The notes beneath the pieces are model-generated. The model saw nothing but the letters and a program-made list of their open reading frames with translations, did no database searches and was not told the origin of the DNA. This document shows, in pieces, positions 20,869 to 32,274 of a DNA stretch of 64,000 nt. Location of the stretch: NCBI GenBank assembly GCA_047285535.1, contig JBJBDC010000001.1:32136-96135 (forward strand). The letters run 5' to 3'. The DNA comes from Synechococcus sp. Lineage in GTDB: Bacteria > Cyanobacteriota > Cyanobacteriia > PCC-6307 > Cyanobiaceae. The stretch's first letter is position 1, and each line of letters starts with the position of its first letter. The translations under genes and the position numbers were made by a program.

Positions 20869-21930
20869 TTAAGAGAGAGCCTGGAGAAGGGTCCTGCTGG
20901 CGTCTTCAGGATTATGAGATCCCATGATCGCGCTCACCACGGCGATCTGCCTTGCTCCCGCGTCTCGAACTGAAGCGATGGTTTCAGCCTGAATGCCACC
21001 GATCACAAACCAGGGGATAGCGGCATGGCGACTGGCTTCTGTGACCAAGGTCACACCTGTTGGGGCACGATCACGTTTGGTGCTGGTGGTGAAAATAGGG
21101 CCAACACCCACGTAGTCGGCTCCGTCTTGTTGTGCTTTGAGCAGTTGATCAATGCGATGAGTACTTCTCCCCAGCAACCGTTCTGGGCCGATGAGACGTC
21201 TCGCCTCCGCAATCGGAAAGTCATCCTGTCCGAGGTGCACGCCATCCGCATTCACCAGCAGCGCCAGATCGATGCGGTCATTAATGATGAATAAGGCATC
21301 GAAGCGATTGCAGAGTTCTTTCAGGGCTTTCGCTTCAAGATGGCGTCGTTGATCACTTCCTTTTTTGCGACGATATTGAATCAGATTGACTCCTGCGACC
21401 AGCGAGGCTTCGACCCCATGCAGTAGGCGTTCCAGATTGTTATCTCGCTCCGGATCCGTAATGAGGCAGATTTTTGCCGCCGCAAGGCGTTCATGCCTGT
21501 GCTGATAACCACAGGTCTTGAGCAGGCGCACTTCAAGGTCGTAAAGGCTGTAGCGGATGTCAGCTGCGGTGCTGGCCAGAGTTGGATCAAGATGGCGCCC
21601 AAATTCCTCCAAAACGCGCAGGGCTTCCTGCACGCGACTGGCATTGGCTTTGACCACGGCGGTGGTGGAGCGACGATTGATTTGCGCTGGGTGACTCAGG
21701 CCAGCGGCGATGTCCGTTTCTGTGGAACGGGCCTGGCGATAGCGATCGTCATGCAATTGGCCTAGCCGCTGACGCCAGTCTTTCAGTGGCAGCACGAGAT
21801 CGTTTCGATCAAGGCCAAAGCGACACCAGTCTTCGATGACACGCAGCCCTTCTCGTGCTCGGTCAAGGTTGGCATCGATCAACCTCGCCACTCGCAAGTT
21901 GGCGTCAGGTTCGACAACCATCGGTTCCAT
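20869..21930 (-). CDS. thiE: Thiamine-phosphate synthase (cyanobacterial long form)
   Basis: IDANLDRAREGLRVIED N-domain; INDRIDLA, GVHLGQDD and IGGI motifs. Confidence 0.95.
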   Translation of the reverse strand: MEPMVVEPDANLRVARLIDANLDRAREGLRVIEDWCRFGLDRNDLVLPLKDWRQRLGQLHDDRYRQARSTETDIAAGLSHPAQINRRSTTAVVKANASRVQEALRVLEEFGRHLDPTLASTAADIRYSLYDLEVRLLKTCGYQHRHERLAAAKICLITDPERDNNLERLLHGVEASLVAGVNLIQYRRKKGSDQRRHLEAKALKELCNRFDALFIINDRIDLALLVNADGVHLGQDDFPIAEARRLIGPERLLGRSTHRIDQLLKAQQDGADYVGVGPIFTTSTKRDRAPTGVTLVTEASRHAAIPWFVIGGIQAETIASVRDAGARQIAVVSAIMGSHNPEDASRTLLQALS

Positions 21931-21965
21931 GGCAGTCTGTGCAGACTCGCATGCCCCCTGCGGCT

Positions 21966-22085
21966 ATGGACAACAGCGGATCTGAGAGCACCATGCACGT
22001 GCTTGTTTGGGGAATTATCCTCCTAGGCGGCGTTGGTGTGTTCATCGTCTGGGGATTGGCTAACGCTTACCCCGCAGGGGTCTGA
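21966..22085 (+). CDS. Small single-TM membrane protein (39 aa)
   Basis: MDNSGSESTMHVLVWGIILLGGVGVFIVWGLANAYPAGV; fills the thiE-ribF gap. Confidence 0.6.
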   Translation: MDNSGSESTMHVLVWGIILLGGVGVFIVWGLANAYPAGV

Positions 22086-23029
22086 AGGCGATGACGGGCT
22101 TCTGAGGCATCCTTGCCGATTTGTGCACTGAGCTCATCTAGGCCTGAAAAACGTTGTTGGCCCCTTAAACGTTCGACGGGTTCCACGACAAGCTCCTGGC
22201 CTACGAGTTCTCTTTCAGTATCGAGGAGATGCACCTCAACGGCGGAGGGAGACATGGGGTCCACGGTGGGCTGGGGGCCGAGGTTCATCACGGCTGGTAA
22301 AGGTTTGCTATCACGCTCAGTCCAAGCGCGGGCGGCATAAACCCCAAGACCAGGTAGAAATTTGCGCCCATCCACTTGCAGATTGGCAGTGGGCCAGCCT
22401 ATGTCCCGGCCTAAGCCGCGACCGCGTACAACGCGTCCTCGAAAGCGGTACGGGCGACCAAGCAGGTCACTGGCAGTGTGCAGATTGCCATTGGAGAGGG
22501 CTGCGCGAATGCGGCTGCTGCTCATCCGTCCTGCGGTATCTTCCAAAATCGGAACTATCGATACTTCCATCCCGGCGTCTTGCGCTAAAGCACGCAGGGT
22601 GTTGGTGTCACCTTCACGCCCTCGACCGAATCGAAAGTTAGCTCCCACTGCGATGTGCGTTGCTTTCAGGCAACCGTGCAGTATTTGCGCGACAAAGTCA
22701 GCGGCGCTGAGTTGAGCCAGTTTGAGGTCAAAGGGAACCAGCACCAGTTGTTGAATGCCCAGGGGTTCCAGTAACTCGAGCTTCTCTTCAGGAAGATCAA
22801 GGCGCAACCGCGGTTCACCGTGCAGCACTTCCCTCGGATGCGGCCAGAAGCTCACCACTGTGGGAATGGCACTTAGGCGATCAGGGTTGGTCACAGACGC
22901 AATCACCCGCCGATGGCCAGCATGAAGACCGTCGAAGCTGCCCAACGCCACGCTTGTGGGGGTCTGAGCCTGCTGTGGAGAGCAGAGAGGAATCAACGGC
23001 GCTGTGCACGGAACTCTGGTTGATGGCAA
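22067..23029 (-). CDS. ribF: Riboflavin kinase / FAD synthetase
   Basis: GSFDGLHAGH, SSSRIR, GWPTAN and EVHLLD motifs. Confidence 0.96.
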   Translation of the reverse strand: MPSTRVPCTAPLIPLCSPQQAQTPTSVALGSFDGLHAGHRRVIASVTNPDRLSAIPTVVSFWPHPREVLHGEPRLRLDLPEEKLELLEPLGIQQLVLVPFDLKLAQLSAADFVAQILHGCLKATHIAVGANFRFGRGREGDTNTLRALAQDAGMEVSIVPILEDTAGRMSSSRIRAALSNGNLHTASDLLGRPYRFRGRVVRGRGLGRDIGWPTANLQVDGRKFLPGLGVYAARAWTERDSKPLPAVMNLGPQPTVDPMSPSAVEVHLLDTERELVGQELVVEPVERLRGQQRFSGLDELSAQIGKDASEARHRLQTPAG

Positions 23030-23056
23030 GTTTGGACGACAGACCTCCTACACCGC

Positions 23057-23617
23057 ATGGCCGATCGGCTCGATCTCCAATTGCTTGCCCTTGGCTTGCG
23101 CCGTTCAGCGTGGATCCGCTTTTGGACTCAAACCGCTCTGGGAATTGTGATCCTGGGGGTATTGATGTTCAACAACATTGGCGGGAGCCTGAGCAGAAAT
23201 GCTGATCGAGCTTTGGGGTTAGGCCCTGGTTTATCGCTCACCACGCTGTCGTTTTTGGTGTTGTTATTCAGCCTCTGGCAAGGGTGGTTGGTCGTGAGAC
23301 TGGGGCGGGCCTTGGATAGTGGAGCGCGCCCCACTCGAGGTGAGGCCAGTCGCACGATTAAGCGCAGTTTGTTTGCTGATTTGTTGGGCTTAGTGCTGGC
23401 TGCCGTTGGCTATCAATCCTTGGCCGGAGCTTTGTTTGTTCAGGCTTCTCAGCAGACACCAGGCATTGCGATAGGAGCCAGCGGAGCGAGTGAAAATATG
23501 GCGATTACCTCTTTAGAGATGCTTTCGGTGTTGAGTAACACGCAGGTGTTGTTTGCCCATGTTGTTGGCTTGATTTTTTCGCTCTGGATGCTGCAGCGGA
23601 TTTATCGCACACGATGA
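23057..23617 (+). CDS. DUF3611 family membrane protein
   Basis: GLRRSAWIRFWTQ...NTQVLFAHVVG; about 4 TM segments. Confidence 0.8.
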   Translation: MADRLDLQLLALGLRRSAWIRFWTQTALGIVILGVLMFNNIGGSLSRNADRALGLGPGLSLTTLSFLVLLFSLWQGWLVVRLGRALDSGARPTRGEASRTIKRSLFADLLGLVLAAVGYQSLAGALFVQASQQTPGIAIGASGASENMAITSLEMLSVLSNTQVLFAHVVGLIFSLWMLQRIYRTR

Positions 23618-24677
23618 ACTTCAATAACTTCCATAAGAGATAGGGTTTTGTCTTGTTGGATTTTGACGTGTTTTGCCTCTACGTAGACATTCGGGAGTCG
23701 AGTTGAGATTTTGCCCGAACGCCATCAGAAGACCTAAGGATTGAAGACAATGGGGAAGTCCTCTCCTGCTTCAATACGCAACTTTCGACCTCAACGATCT
23801 TCTGCTGTCGATCACTAGCAGCGGGCGAACGTTGTTCCCGGTCAAAGAAACTTCAATACGTAGAGATTCAAAACCTAGATAATCTAAATGGCCAAAGAAA
23901 AATCCATTGACGTTTGCTGAATGATCAGATTTGCTGTCGTGTCCTGTCAGTTAGTCAGTTAAGAAACGGACTGGAATGAGTTCCTTTTCAGCTTTTGTGT
24001 GTACTTGCTTTGGGTTTTGGTAGGAGCATTTTACTCAAATCAAATGGATTGAGTGATTGGTAAGGTGAAATATTATTTGTACAAAATACTTGCTTTCTTG
24101 GTTTTTTGGGTCGCGTTGTGAATCAACATCGAGATCGCAGAACAATTCTTGAGTCTTGCTCGATGCCCTGGATTAACCATGCAAGGCAGGCTCAGGATTG
24201 AAGCTGAGGTTCTGATGAGGTCTCACTGCGAAGGCTGTCAGCAGTCAGGGTTAAGCAATGGAGGCCAATTCTCAAATTCGATGATCGGTTCAGGTGATTG
24301 GAGCCTTGGTTTCTCATCCCTGTGACTCTCCTCTTGCAATCTGAGCATGATTCAGCGATCCAGAGATGTTTCTCTCCTCGACCCATCAGACCCTACTAAG
24401 GGCAAAGTGCAAGCCGCTCAGACCATGTGGCAAGCACCATCGCAAGGGGCCTGGAAGGCGAAGGCTTTAAGGAGTTCAAGGAAGTTCAAGATATTTAATG
24501 AATTCATTTTGCGCTGATCGGAGGCACCATATCTGGACAAAACCAACTGTTCTATACCAATCCCATCCACCCCTAGCGTGAGAAGTTGATAGCTGCTCTT
24601 TGCTGCGGAAGCATCCGCCAACGTGGTTCATTTCATACCACTTAAAGTTTCAAATGTACCAATGACTGCGTTCGGCG

Positions 24678-24905
24678 ATGGACGGTTGGCTTCAGGATCC
24701 TCAGCAATGCTGGTCAGTCAGATTCCATCGTGATCCTGAGAAGTGTGCGAACGATGTTCGAGTCTTTGTGGATCACGGACGCGAGATGCCGAATGGCCAG
24801 CCAGCACTCCTCAAGTCACGCAGAAACATGAGGTATGAAGACGCTGTCACCCTCTGGAAAGAACTTCGCCGTGTGGGTTGGGCAGAAACCAAAGCTGTTT
24901 GGTGA
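24678..24905 (+). CDS. DUF1651 family protein
   Basis: GWL..W..RFH, VFVDHG, LLKSRR and W..L...GW....W pattern. Confidence 0.8.
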   Translation: MDGWLQDPQQCWSVRFHRDPEKCANDVRVFVDHGREMPNGQPALLKSRRNMRYEDAVTLWKELRRVGWAETKAVW

Positions 24906-25028
24906 TCAAACAAGTCGGAGCCTTAGCTCCGTCCTTAGCTCCATGTTGTTTCAAAGCGGACTTGCGCTTTCCTAGGGGTGCTTTCCGATCGAGCCCAAGT
25001 TCACTAAGGAGAAAGAGTCATCTCCCCT

Positions 25029-25829
25029 TTATCGCTTCAATTGAATCGTTGGTAGAGATGACAATCCACCTCTCCAAAACAGCTCAGGCTGAATGGGCGT
25101 AAGCGAAGGCCCATTCGCTTTGATTTGGGCCACATCGGTTGGCCAGTCGTGGGGCCCATCTCCCCCTGATTCCAGATCATCGACGGCTTCGCCTGCTAAC
25201 CAGTAATAGTTGCGGCCACGGGGGTCAATCCGGGGACTGAACTGTTCATTATAGCGGCGAATTGAAAGACGGGTCCAGCGCAGTGGTCCCATGCTCTCTG
25301 GCTTACAAGGGGGCACATTGAGGTTGAGTAACAGGTTCTCAGGCCATTGATCGGCAAGAGCAGCTTCTGCGACCTGGATGGCCAATTCTGCGGCGGCTTG
25401 AAATTCGCGCCACTGAAAACAAGCACTGCTCACGGCCATCGCTGGCAGGCCTTCCAGAGTGCCTTCCATCGCCGCGGCCACTGTTCCGGAACAGAACACA
25501 TCAGTGCCGAGATTGGGCCCGTGGTTGATCCCTGAGAGCACAAGATCTGGTTTCTCAGTTAGTAGTTCAAAGAGGGCCAATTTCATGCAGTCCGCAGGGG
25601 TGCCGCTGCAGGCCCATGCTTTGATCCCAGACTCAAAAAGCTCATCAGCGCGCTCGGCACGAATGGGGGTTTGAAGGGTGAGGCCATGGCCAGTGGCGGA
25701 CCGTTCCTGGTCGGGACAGACCACATTGACCTGATGGCCTGCTGCCGCTGCCGCTGCTGCCAGGATGCGGATGCCATCGGCGAACACGCCGTCATCGTTA
25801 CTGATCAGAATCCGCAACGGAGTCATCAA
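25029..25829 (-). CDS. surE: 5'/3'-nucleotidase SurE
   Basis: [22 protein letters not shown] and SGTVAAA motifs. Confidence 0.97.
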   Translation of the reverse strand: MMTPLRILISNDDGVFADGIRILAAAAAAAGHQVNVVCPDQERSATGHGLTLQTPIRAERADELFESGIKAWACSGTPADCMKLALFELLTEKPDLVLSGINHGPNLGTDVFCSGTVAAAMEGTLEGLPAMAVSSACFQWREFQAAAELAIQVAEAALADQWPENLLLNLNVPPCKPESMGPLRWTRLSIRRYNEQFSPRIDPRGRNYYWLAGEAVDDLESGGDGPHDWPTDVAQIKANGPSLTPIQPELFWRGGLSSLPTIQLKR

Positions 25830-25896
25830 GGGTTAATGCGTTGGGTGGAACCTAGTCCTGATGGCTGCCTAGAGTCATTGCCGCGATACCAATGCT

Positions 25897-26904
25897 TTGA
25901 GCGCCACGATCTCCTTGCAGCAGCTCACTGATCAGCTGGATGCCTTAGAGGCTGAGGCGGCAGTTGAGATTCAGGCGGCAACCGATGCCGCTGCTCTCGA
26001 GCAACTTCGGGTTGGTCTACTGGGTAAAAAGGGGCGGCTTTCGGCAGTGTTGGGGGCGATGGGCAAACTCCCAGGCGATGAACGCCCGTTGGTTGGCCAA
26101 CGCGCCAATGTGCTGAAGAGTCAAGTGCAGGAACTTCTCTCAGAACGCCTCCTGGAGGTCAAGAGTGCTGCGATTGATGCACGGATTGCCTCTGAACGGT
26201 TGGATGTCACGGCTGCACCATTCGGCGTGCCAATGGGACATCGGCATCCTTTGATCACCACTACAGAAGAGATTGTCGATCTGTTTTGTGGGCTTGGTTA
26301 TGACGTGGAAGAAGGCCCTGAAGTGGAGACGGATCACCATAACTTCACGGCGCTGAATATTCCGCCTGAACACCCTGCTCGAGACATGCAGGACACGTTT
26401 TATCTGAAAGACAATCTTCTATTAAGGACACACACTTCTCCAGTGCAGATCCGACATCTCGAGACCAATCCACCACCCGTCAGAATTGTGGCTCCGGGTC
26501 GGGTTTATAGGCGTGATGCCGTAGATGCCACCCATTCACCTGTGTTTCACCAAGTGGAGGTTCTAGCAATTGATGAGAATTTGGACTTTAGCCACTTAAG
26601 AGGTACGGTGATGGCCTTCCTCAACGCGTTTTTTGGAGATCTGCCCGTACGCTTTCGTGCGAGTTATTTCCCTTTCACAGAGCCGTCGGCTGAGGTGGAT
26701 GTGCAATGGCGAGGCCGCTGGCTCGAGGTCATGGGCTGTGGGATGGTGGATCCTGCCGTTTTAGAAGGATTGGGACTGGATCCTGAACGCTGGAGTGGTT
26801 TTGCTGCAGGTCTCGGGGTGGAACGCTTCTGCATGGTGCGTCATGGCATTGACGACATCCGAAGGCTCTACACCAGTGATTTGCGCTTCCTGGAGCAGTT
26901 TTGA
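25897..26904 (+). CDS. pheS: Phenylalanine-tRNA ligase alpha subunit
   Basis: [21 protein letters not shown] and YFPFTEPS motifs. Confidence 0.98.
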   Translation: MSATISLQQLTDQLDALEAEAAVEIQAATDAAALEQLRVGLLGKKGRLSAVLGAMGKLPGDERPLVGQRANVLKSQVQELLSERLLEVKSAAIDARIASERLDVTAAPFGVPMGHRHPLITTTEEIVDLFCGLGYDVEEGPEVETDHHNFTALNIPPEHPARDMQDTFYLKDNLLLRTHTSPVQIRHLETNPPPVRIVAPGRVYRRDAVDATHSPVFHQVEVLAIDENLDFSHLRGTVMAFLNAFFGDLPVRFRASYFPFTEPSAEVDVQWRGRWLEVMGCGMVDPAVLEGLGLDPERWSGFAAGLGVERFCMVRHGIDDIRRLYTSDLRFLEQF

Positions 26905-26971
26905 TGCTGATTGGTCAGCTTTGAGCTGAAAAGGCTGCCAAGTCACATGATTGCAATGAGACTTCGTAGGG

Positions 26972-28633
26972 TTGTCTGAAACTACGCCGATGTCTGTGCT
27001 TTCGGTGTTTGATGGCTCGTCTCGAGCACTAGAGATTGTTCGAATCGTCTCTCGTCATGAGTGGTCATTTTTGACTCAGCTCCTCAACCGAGGCGATACC
27101 TCAGAATCGCGACTGCCCTTGCCATCAGTGCTCTGCAACATCCTGACTGAGTTGGGTCCGGTGTACGTAAAGCTTGGTCAGCTGTTGAGTACGCGTCCGG
27201 ATCTCTTGGGGGAGGAGTACATCCAGGCTTTGAGTCAATTACAGGCGGATGTCCCAGCTGTGCCCTGGGATCAGTTGAGGCCACAACTTGAGAAAGATCT
27301 CGGATGCGGAGTAGAGGAGGCGTTTTCGACGTTTATTGACCAGCCGATTGCTGCTGGAAGTGTGGGGCAGGTCTACAAGGCGTCTTTGCCTGAGATCGGT
27401 CCTGTTGCGGTGAAGGTGTTGCGGCCAGGGATCCCGGAACAAGTGGAAGAGGATGGTCGCTTGCTGCGAAAAATTGCATACCTCGCAGCGGCGACTGCTC
27501 TCGGTAGTCTTTACGACTTTGTTGGTCTTGCTGATCAGGTGCTTGAAGCCCTGGCTCGGGAGCTGGATTTCAGAATTGAGTCTTCAAACACCTTGCGGCT
27601 TCAGCGCTGTTTGGATGCATCTAGTTTTGTTCCTGACGGACAGATTCGCCTGCCGCAGGTGGTTCAAAAGTGGTCTGGGCAGAGGGTGTTGGTGCTCGAG
27701 TGGGTGGAGGGAGCATCGATTCTGAGTGTTGAGGCAAGAGAGGCTCTAAAAGCGGGTCCTGGCCTCGTAGCCACAACGACGGCGCTGCTAGGGGCTTTTG
27801 TCGAGCAGTATTTCGTGGAAGGGTTTTTCCATGCTGATCCCCACCCTGGCAATCTCAAAGTGCTGGCAGACGGCAAGGTCATCCTGCTGGATGCGGGAAT
27901 GGTGGGACTCTTTGATCCCCGTACGCGAAGCAATTTGCTGGATCTTGTTTTGGCGCTCATCAACCAGGACGGTGCGCGTGCAACAGATGTGTTGGAGCAG
28001 CTTGCGCCTCCAGCAAGGGGAGTCAAAGTTGATCGTCAGCACCTACAACGACAGCTCGACCAGCTGATTGCAAAGAGTTTTTCAAAGCCGTTAGAGGAAC
28101 TGAACTTTGCTGTGTTCCTCGCGGCTTTGCTGCAACTGGCGAACCGCTCAGGATTAAGAGTGCCAGGAACTCTGGGTTTGTTTGTGAAGTCTGTCACCAA
28201 CTTGGAAGGGGTTGGTAATTCTTTGAACCCTGCGTTCAGCTTCACTGGTGAGATGCAGCCCTTGGTGGCTCAGTTGTTGGCCCGGGCTGTGATGCTGCCT
28301 CAGGAGCGACTGATGCAGTTTGGCCTCGATCTACGCAATCTCACGATTGATTCACCGCGACAGCTGAGCCAGGTGTTGCGGCGTTTCAGCAGTGATGAAT
28401 TGGTTTTCGCCATCCAGCTTGAAGGCCTTGATGCTGTACGTTCAAGTTTGGAGCGATTATCTCAGCGAATTTCACTCGCAATTTTGGTGGCGTCTTTGTT
28501 GCTCAGTGCCACGGTCATGGCAACCTTGGCACGGCAACCCTTGCTGAGAAATGTCAGCGAAGGTTTATTTATTGGTGCCACTTTGTTTGGTCTCTGGTTG
28601 ATTGTGTCGTTGCTGCGTTCCAGTCGTCGCTAA
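26972..28633 (+). CDS. ABC1/UbiB (AarF) family atypical kinase
   Basis: LGPVYVKLGQ, IAAGSVGQV, VAVKV, FHADPHPGN and LDAGM motifs; C-terminal TM segments. Confidence 0.93.
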   Translation: MSETTPMSVLSVFDGSSRALEIVRIVSRHEWSFLTQLLNRGDTSESRLPLPSVLCNILTELGPVYVKLGQLLSTRPDLLGEEYIQALSQLQADVPAVPWDQLRPQLEKDLGCGVEEAFSTFIDQPIAAGSVGQVYKASLPEIGPVAVKVLRPGIPEQVEEDGRLLRKIAYLAAATALGSLYDFVGLADQVLEALARELDFRIESSNTLRLQRCLDASSFVPDGQIRLPQVVQKWSGQRVLVLEWVEGASILSVEAREALKAGPGLVATTTALLGAFVEQYFVEGFFHADPHPGNLKVLADGKVILLDAGMVGLFDPRTRSNLLDLVLALINQDGARATDVLEQLAPPARGVKVDRQHLQRQLDQLIAKSFSKPLEELNFAVFLAALLQLANRSGLRVPGTLGLFVKSVTNLEGVGNSLNPAFSFTGEMQPLVAQLLARAVMLPQERLMQFGLDLRNLTIDSPRQLSQVLRRFSSDELVFAIQLEGLDAVRSSLERLSQRISLAILVASLLLSATVMATLARQPLLRNVSEGLFIGATLFGLWLIVSLLRSSRR

Positions 28634-28737
28634 GTGAGAGGAGGATGAGCAACATGGCAACTTCGATCAAGAGATATTGAGTGAATCGGTTGTCTTTGAT
28701 CAAATTGAACACTGTTCCTGATTGTTGTCAGATCTGT

Positions 28738-30420
28738 TTACTGAAACCAAGGCCATTTGAATCCAAACAGATCGAGTTGATTCATTGCGAATTTGTTGAG
28801 TGCCCGACCGAGAATGACTTGTGGTTCGTCAGCACGAATGGGGATGACGGGGTGTTGTTTTCTCTGCGAAGGAGAGGCTCCTTGAATGATCCCTCGTCTG
28901 AGAAGTGAGTTTCCGGCCTCCAATCCACACACATAGGCTCTTTCTTGACACAGCCCCTTAGCGCCATGCTCTTTGTCCCCCATGCGTACCCAGTCACCAG
29001 CACAGACGATTGAGTTAACTGATGTTTCTAAGGGTGGCCGCTTTTTGAAGCTGCCAGGGGAAAACAGTGATACGCAGCTCGGATAGCGACGCACCTCGCT
29101 ATCCATTACGTTCACGGCCTTAAATCGCCGATCTGCGATTGGGAGTAATTCATGGGTGAGTAGATCAATGATGTCTTGATCATGCATCAGAGCAATTGCA
29201 GATGCGTTGTAAAAATCGCTTGCAATGACTGACCCCTGTGGATTTTGGCCACCCCAGAGGGCCTGCTCATCATTGTTCTGAAGCTGATCGAGCATGAAAA
29301 AAGTGCACCCTGCTCCCTTTAGAGATTCGAAGCGAGAGAACACATTGGCGGGGTAAGGGATGGGCACATATCGATCGAGCCACAGACGTGTTGAAACGAC
29401 ATCGATGGTGCCGAGTGAACCGGCGGAAACTAGCTCTGGCAGTGCATCATGGCACTCCGGAGATTGAGTCATGAGGGAATGCATGCCTTTGACACCGAGT
29501 GCTAAAACCACAGCATCAATGTTGTGCAGGACGTTGATTTCGCCTGTTCTGACAGCCTGAATCTCAACAGCGCTAATTTGTTGTTTTTCAGGAGCAAAGG
29601 TTAGCTTCCGTACGAAGGTTCCTCCTAAGACTCGCAGATTATGTTGCTTAATTAGTCGTTGACTTAGTGGTTTAAATATATTTTCTGCGATACTTTTTGA
29701 GTTGATCCAGCGAACATCAAACGAGTCTTGATGGGCCAGTGCATAGTAATACAGCAGTTCCATGGTAACGGCTGCTGATAATTCTTCTGGTGGTTTGAAC
29801 AGGCCAACAAGCAGAATTGGTCGGAGGAAATCATTGATCAGGCGTTTGCTGATCCCAAGACTTAGAAAGAGATCTTGTGCGCTTAGTTTATCATATTGTT
29901 TGAAAACTTCTTCGTTTCGATTGAGGTCTAAAAGGGTATAAAGCAAGCCTGCGATGCTAAGGCGATCCTCAAGTGGAAGTCGTTTGAAATTTGTCAATGT
30001 GGCACCAACTTGGCCCAGTGGGCTTGGCCAAGTTGGTGCATCACCAAACACAGGTGCTGTGGCTTCAAGCCCATCCGGTGACCAGAATGCACTCGTGGTG
30101 TAGTCGGTGAAAATTGTGTTGAGTCTGAGATCTTTTGTGAGCGCATAGATGTTGGGATAATCCTTCCAAAATCCCCTGGTGCCTGACTCAAACGGTTTCC
30201 CGCTCTTGGTGCGAAGTGGTGTACTTCCGGTTGGATCGTCCATCCCGTCGATCAAGGTCACGTGCACACCGGCTTCGCAGAGGGATTTTGCGGCACCCCA
30301 TCCCGCCCATCCCGCTCCGATCACAACCGCATGGGATGGTTTTTTTTCTGATGTCGATATTGTCTTGGGATTTTGATGGTCGGCTGTCGCGGAGAATGAC
30401 ATCGCGAGAGGTCGTCTCAT
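28738..30420 (-). CDS. FAD-dependent oxidoreductase (amine oxidase / carotenoid desaturase-like)
   Basis: VIGAGWAG dinucleotide fold, GFWKDYPN, CAGDWV and GLCQERA motifs. Confidence 0.88.
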   Translation of the reverse strand: MRRPLAMSFSATADHQNPKTISTSEKKPSHAVVIGAGWAGWGAAKSLCEAGVHVTLIDGMDDPTGSTPLRTKSGKPFESGTRGFWKDYPNIYALTKDLRLNTIFTDYTTSAFWSPDGLEATAPVFGDAPTWPSPLGQVGATLTNFKRLPLEDRLSIAGLLYTLLDLNRNEEVFKQYDKLSAQDLFLSLGISKRLINDFLRPILLVGLFKPPEELSAAVTMELLYYYALAHQDSFDVRWINSKSIAENIFKPLSQRLIKQHNLRVLGGTFVRKLTFAPEKQQISAVEIQAVRTGEINVLHNIDAVVLALGVKGMHSLMTQSPECHDALPELVSAGSLGTIDVVSTRLWLDRYVPIPYPANVFSRFESLKGAGCTFFMLDQLQNNDEQALWGGQNPQGSVIASDFYNASAIALMHDQDIIDLLTHELLPIADRRFKAVNVMDSEVRRYPSCVSLFSPGSFKKRPPLETSVNSIVCAGDWVRMGDKEHGAKGLCQERAYVCGLEAGNSLLRRGIIQGASPSQRKQHPVIPIRADEPQVILGRALNKFAMNQLDLFGFKWPWFQ

Positions 30421-30541
30421 GGTGTTGCTGGAACGCTACGCAGGGCTGCTTATGGAGTGCCGCCGGATGACAAGAATGACTTGCTGCTGCTGAGATTTGG
30501 TTTCTCTCATAAAATGAATCCGTTCTGTCGAATCGCGATCG

Positions 30542-31450
30542 GTGCCCAGGGTCGGACTGATCGTGAATGATGGAAAGTCACTCGCGGTAGAGACAGCTCA
30601 AACCATTCAGCAGCGTCTTGAAGTTGCCGGCCATGAAGTTGTTCGGGCCAGTAGTGCTGGGGGGATGGTTGGTTTTGCTAACCCCGATCAGCATTTGCGC
30701 ATGCTCGGATACAACGCTTGTGTTCCGGATGGATTTGACGACTCAATGGTTCTGGCAATCGTCCTAGGAGGCGATGGCACGGTGCTGTCAGCCGCCCGCC
30801 AAACAGCACCGATTGGGGTGCCGATTTTGACGATCAACACCGGCCATCTGGGCTTTCTTGCCGAGGCTTATCTCAGTGATCTAGATCAGGCCCTGGAGCA
30901 GATCCTCACAGAGCGATGGACGATCGAAGAGCGCGCCAACATGGTGGTGAGTGTGATGCGAGGCGACCAACGGCGCTGGGAAGCCCTGTCTCTCAATGAG
31001 ATGGCTCTTCACCGGGAGCCACTGACCAGCATGTGTCACTTTGAAATTGCGATTGGGCGGCATGCTCCCGTTGATATTTCGGCTGATGGTGTGATTCTCT
31101 CGACACCTACAGGTTCAACCGCCTATGCCCTCAGTGCGGGGGGGCCAGTGATCACACCCGATTGTCCCGTGTTGCAGCTCACTCCGATTGCTGCCCACTC
31201 CCTGGCCTCGCGCGCACTTGTGTTTAGTGACCAGGAGCCTGTCACGGTGTTTCCCGCCACGCCTGAACGGCTGATGATGGTCGTGGACGGCAGTGCCGGT
31301 TGTTATGTCTGGCCCGAGGATCGGGTCTTAATTCGCCGCAGTGACCATCCCGTGCGTTTTGTTCGTCTCGCCGATCATGAGTTTTTTCAAGTGTTGCGCA
31401 ACAAGCTTGGCTGGGGCTTGCCCCATGTGGCCAAGCCGGATCGACCATGA
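30542..31450 (+). CDS. nadK: NAD(+) kinase
   Basis: GGDGT, GHLGFL, LNE and [14 protein letters not shown] motifs. Confidence 0.96.
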   Translation: MPRVGLIVNDGKSLAVETAQTIQQRLEVAGHEVVRASSAGGMVGFANPDQHLRMLGYNACVPDGFDDSMVLAIVLGGDGTVLSAARQTAPIGVPILTINTGHLGFLAEAYLSDLDQALEQILTERWTIEERANMVVSVMRGDQRRWEALSLNEMALHREPLTSMCHFEIAIGRHAPVDISADGVILSTPTGSTAYALSAGGPVITPDCPVLQLTPIAAHSLASRALVFSDQEPVTVFPATPERLMMVVDGSAGCYVWPEDRVLIRRSDHPVRFVRLADHEFFQVLRNKLGWGLPHVAKPDRP

Positions 31451-31673
31451 ACAAGGAAAGCTGACCACCGTCTACGCAGATCAGGCCTTCAGGTTCGACC
31501 AGCTCCCGCACGGTAGGCATCGATGGCTAATCCGATTGGCGGAATATGTTCAGCGGTTCTTGAGGCCAGATGCTTGGGGAGAATGGACACACGTGCCTGA
31601 TTGACACCAAGTCTGACTTCGGTTCTTGCCTCATCAACCGCGGTCTTTCCTTCATGACCTTTGATGGATTGAT

Positions 31674-32132
31674 ATGGATGTGTCTCCTCCTCAGCAATTG
31701 CCACTCGAAGCTCAATGGTGCGTCCGTGATGACACCTGCGTGCTTTTAGAAGTGGCCGATGAGCCCCAGGAACAACGCTTGGGGTTGATGCAACGTCCGG
31801 CACTACCACCTCTGAGAGGAATGTGGTTTCCGTTTAAGCCAGCTCGTCCCTTGCGGTTCTGGATGCTCAATACGATTGCACCTCTGGATATGGTCTTCCT
31901 GCACAAGACAAAGGTCATTGCAATCGAGGCAGAGGTGCCAATTTGTCCGGCCTTGCCTTGTCGCGGTTTTGGGCCCATGACTGATGCAGATGGCGTGATT
32001 GAGCTCCGTGCGGGGGAGGCCAAGCGCCTAGGCCTCGGCGTTGGAGACAAGGTGCTGATTGAGTCGATCAAACCGATGATCCCATCGCAAGATTCCTTGG
32101 CTCCTCCTCTGGATCACGAGAGATTGAAGTAA
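31674..32132 (+). CDS. DUF192 family protein
   Basis: EVA...GLM.R, GMWF, FWMLNT..PLDMVF and VIELRAG motifs. Confidence 0.9.
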   Translation: MDVSPPQQLPLEAQWCVRDDTCVLLEVADEPQEQRLGLMQRPALPPLRGMWFPFKPARPLRFWMLNTIAPLDMVFLHKTKVIAIEAEVPICPALPCRGFGPMTDADGVIELRAGEAKRLGLGVGDKVLIESIKPMIPSQDSLAPPLDHERLK

Positions 32133-32274
32133 CAAAAGCGTGCCTAGCTAAAGAATCCATTGGCTTGGAGGTATAAGCCAATGGCGATCAGTGGTCCAAA
32201 GCCTGCGATCAGGAGAGTGACCTTGAGGCGCAGGGGTGAAACTTGGTTCTTGCGTTCTCGAATCGGCATGCTGA

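Noticed and set aside
24190..24620. Possible decayed gene upstream of DUF1651
   Set aside because: Protein-like fragments occur in several frames but cannot be assigned without a search
24921..24942. CCTTAGCTCC direct repeat
   Set aside because: Short duplication between convergent genes, likely slippage
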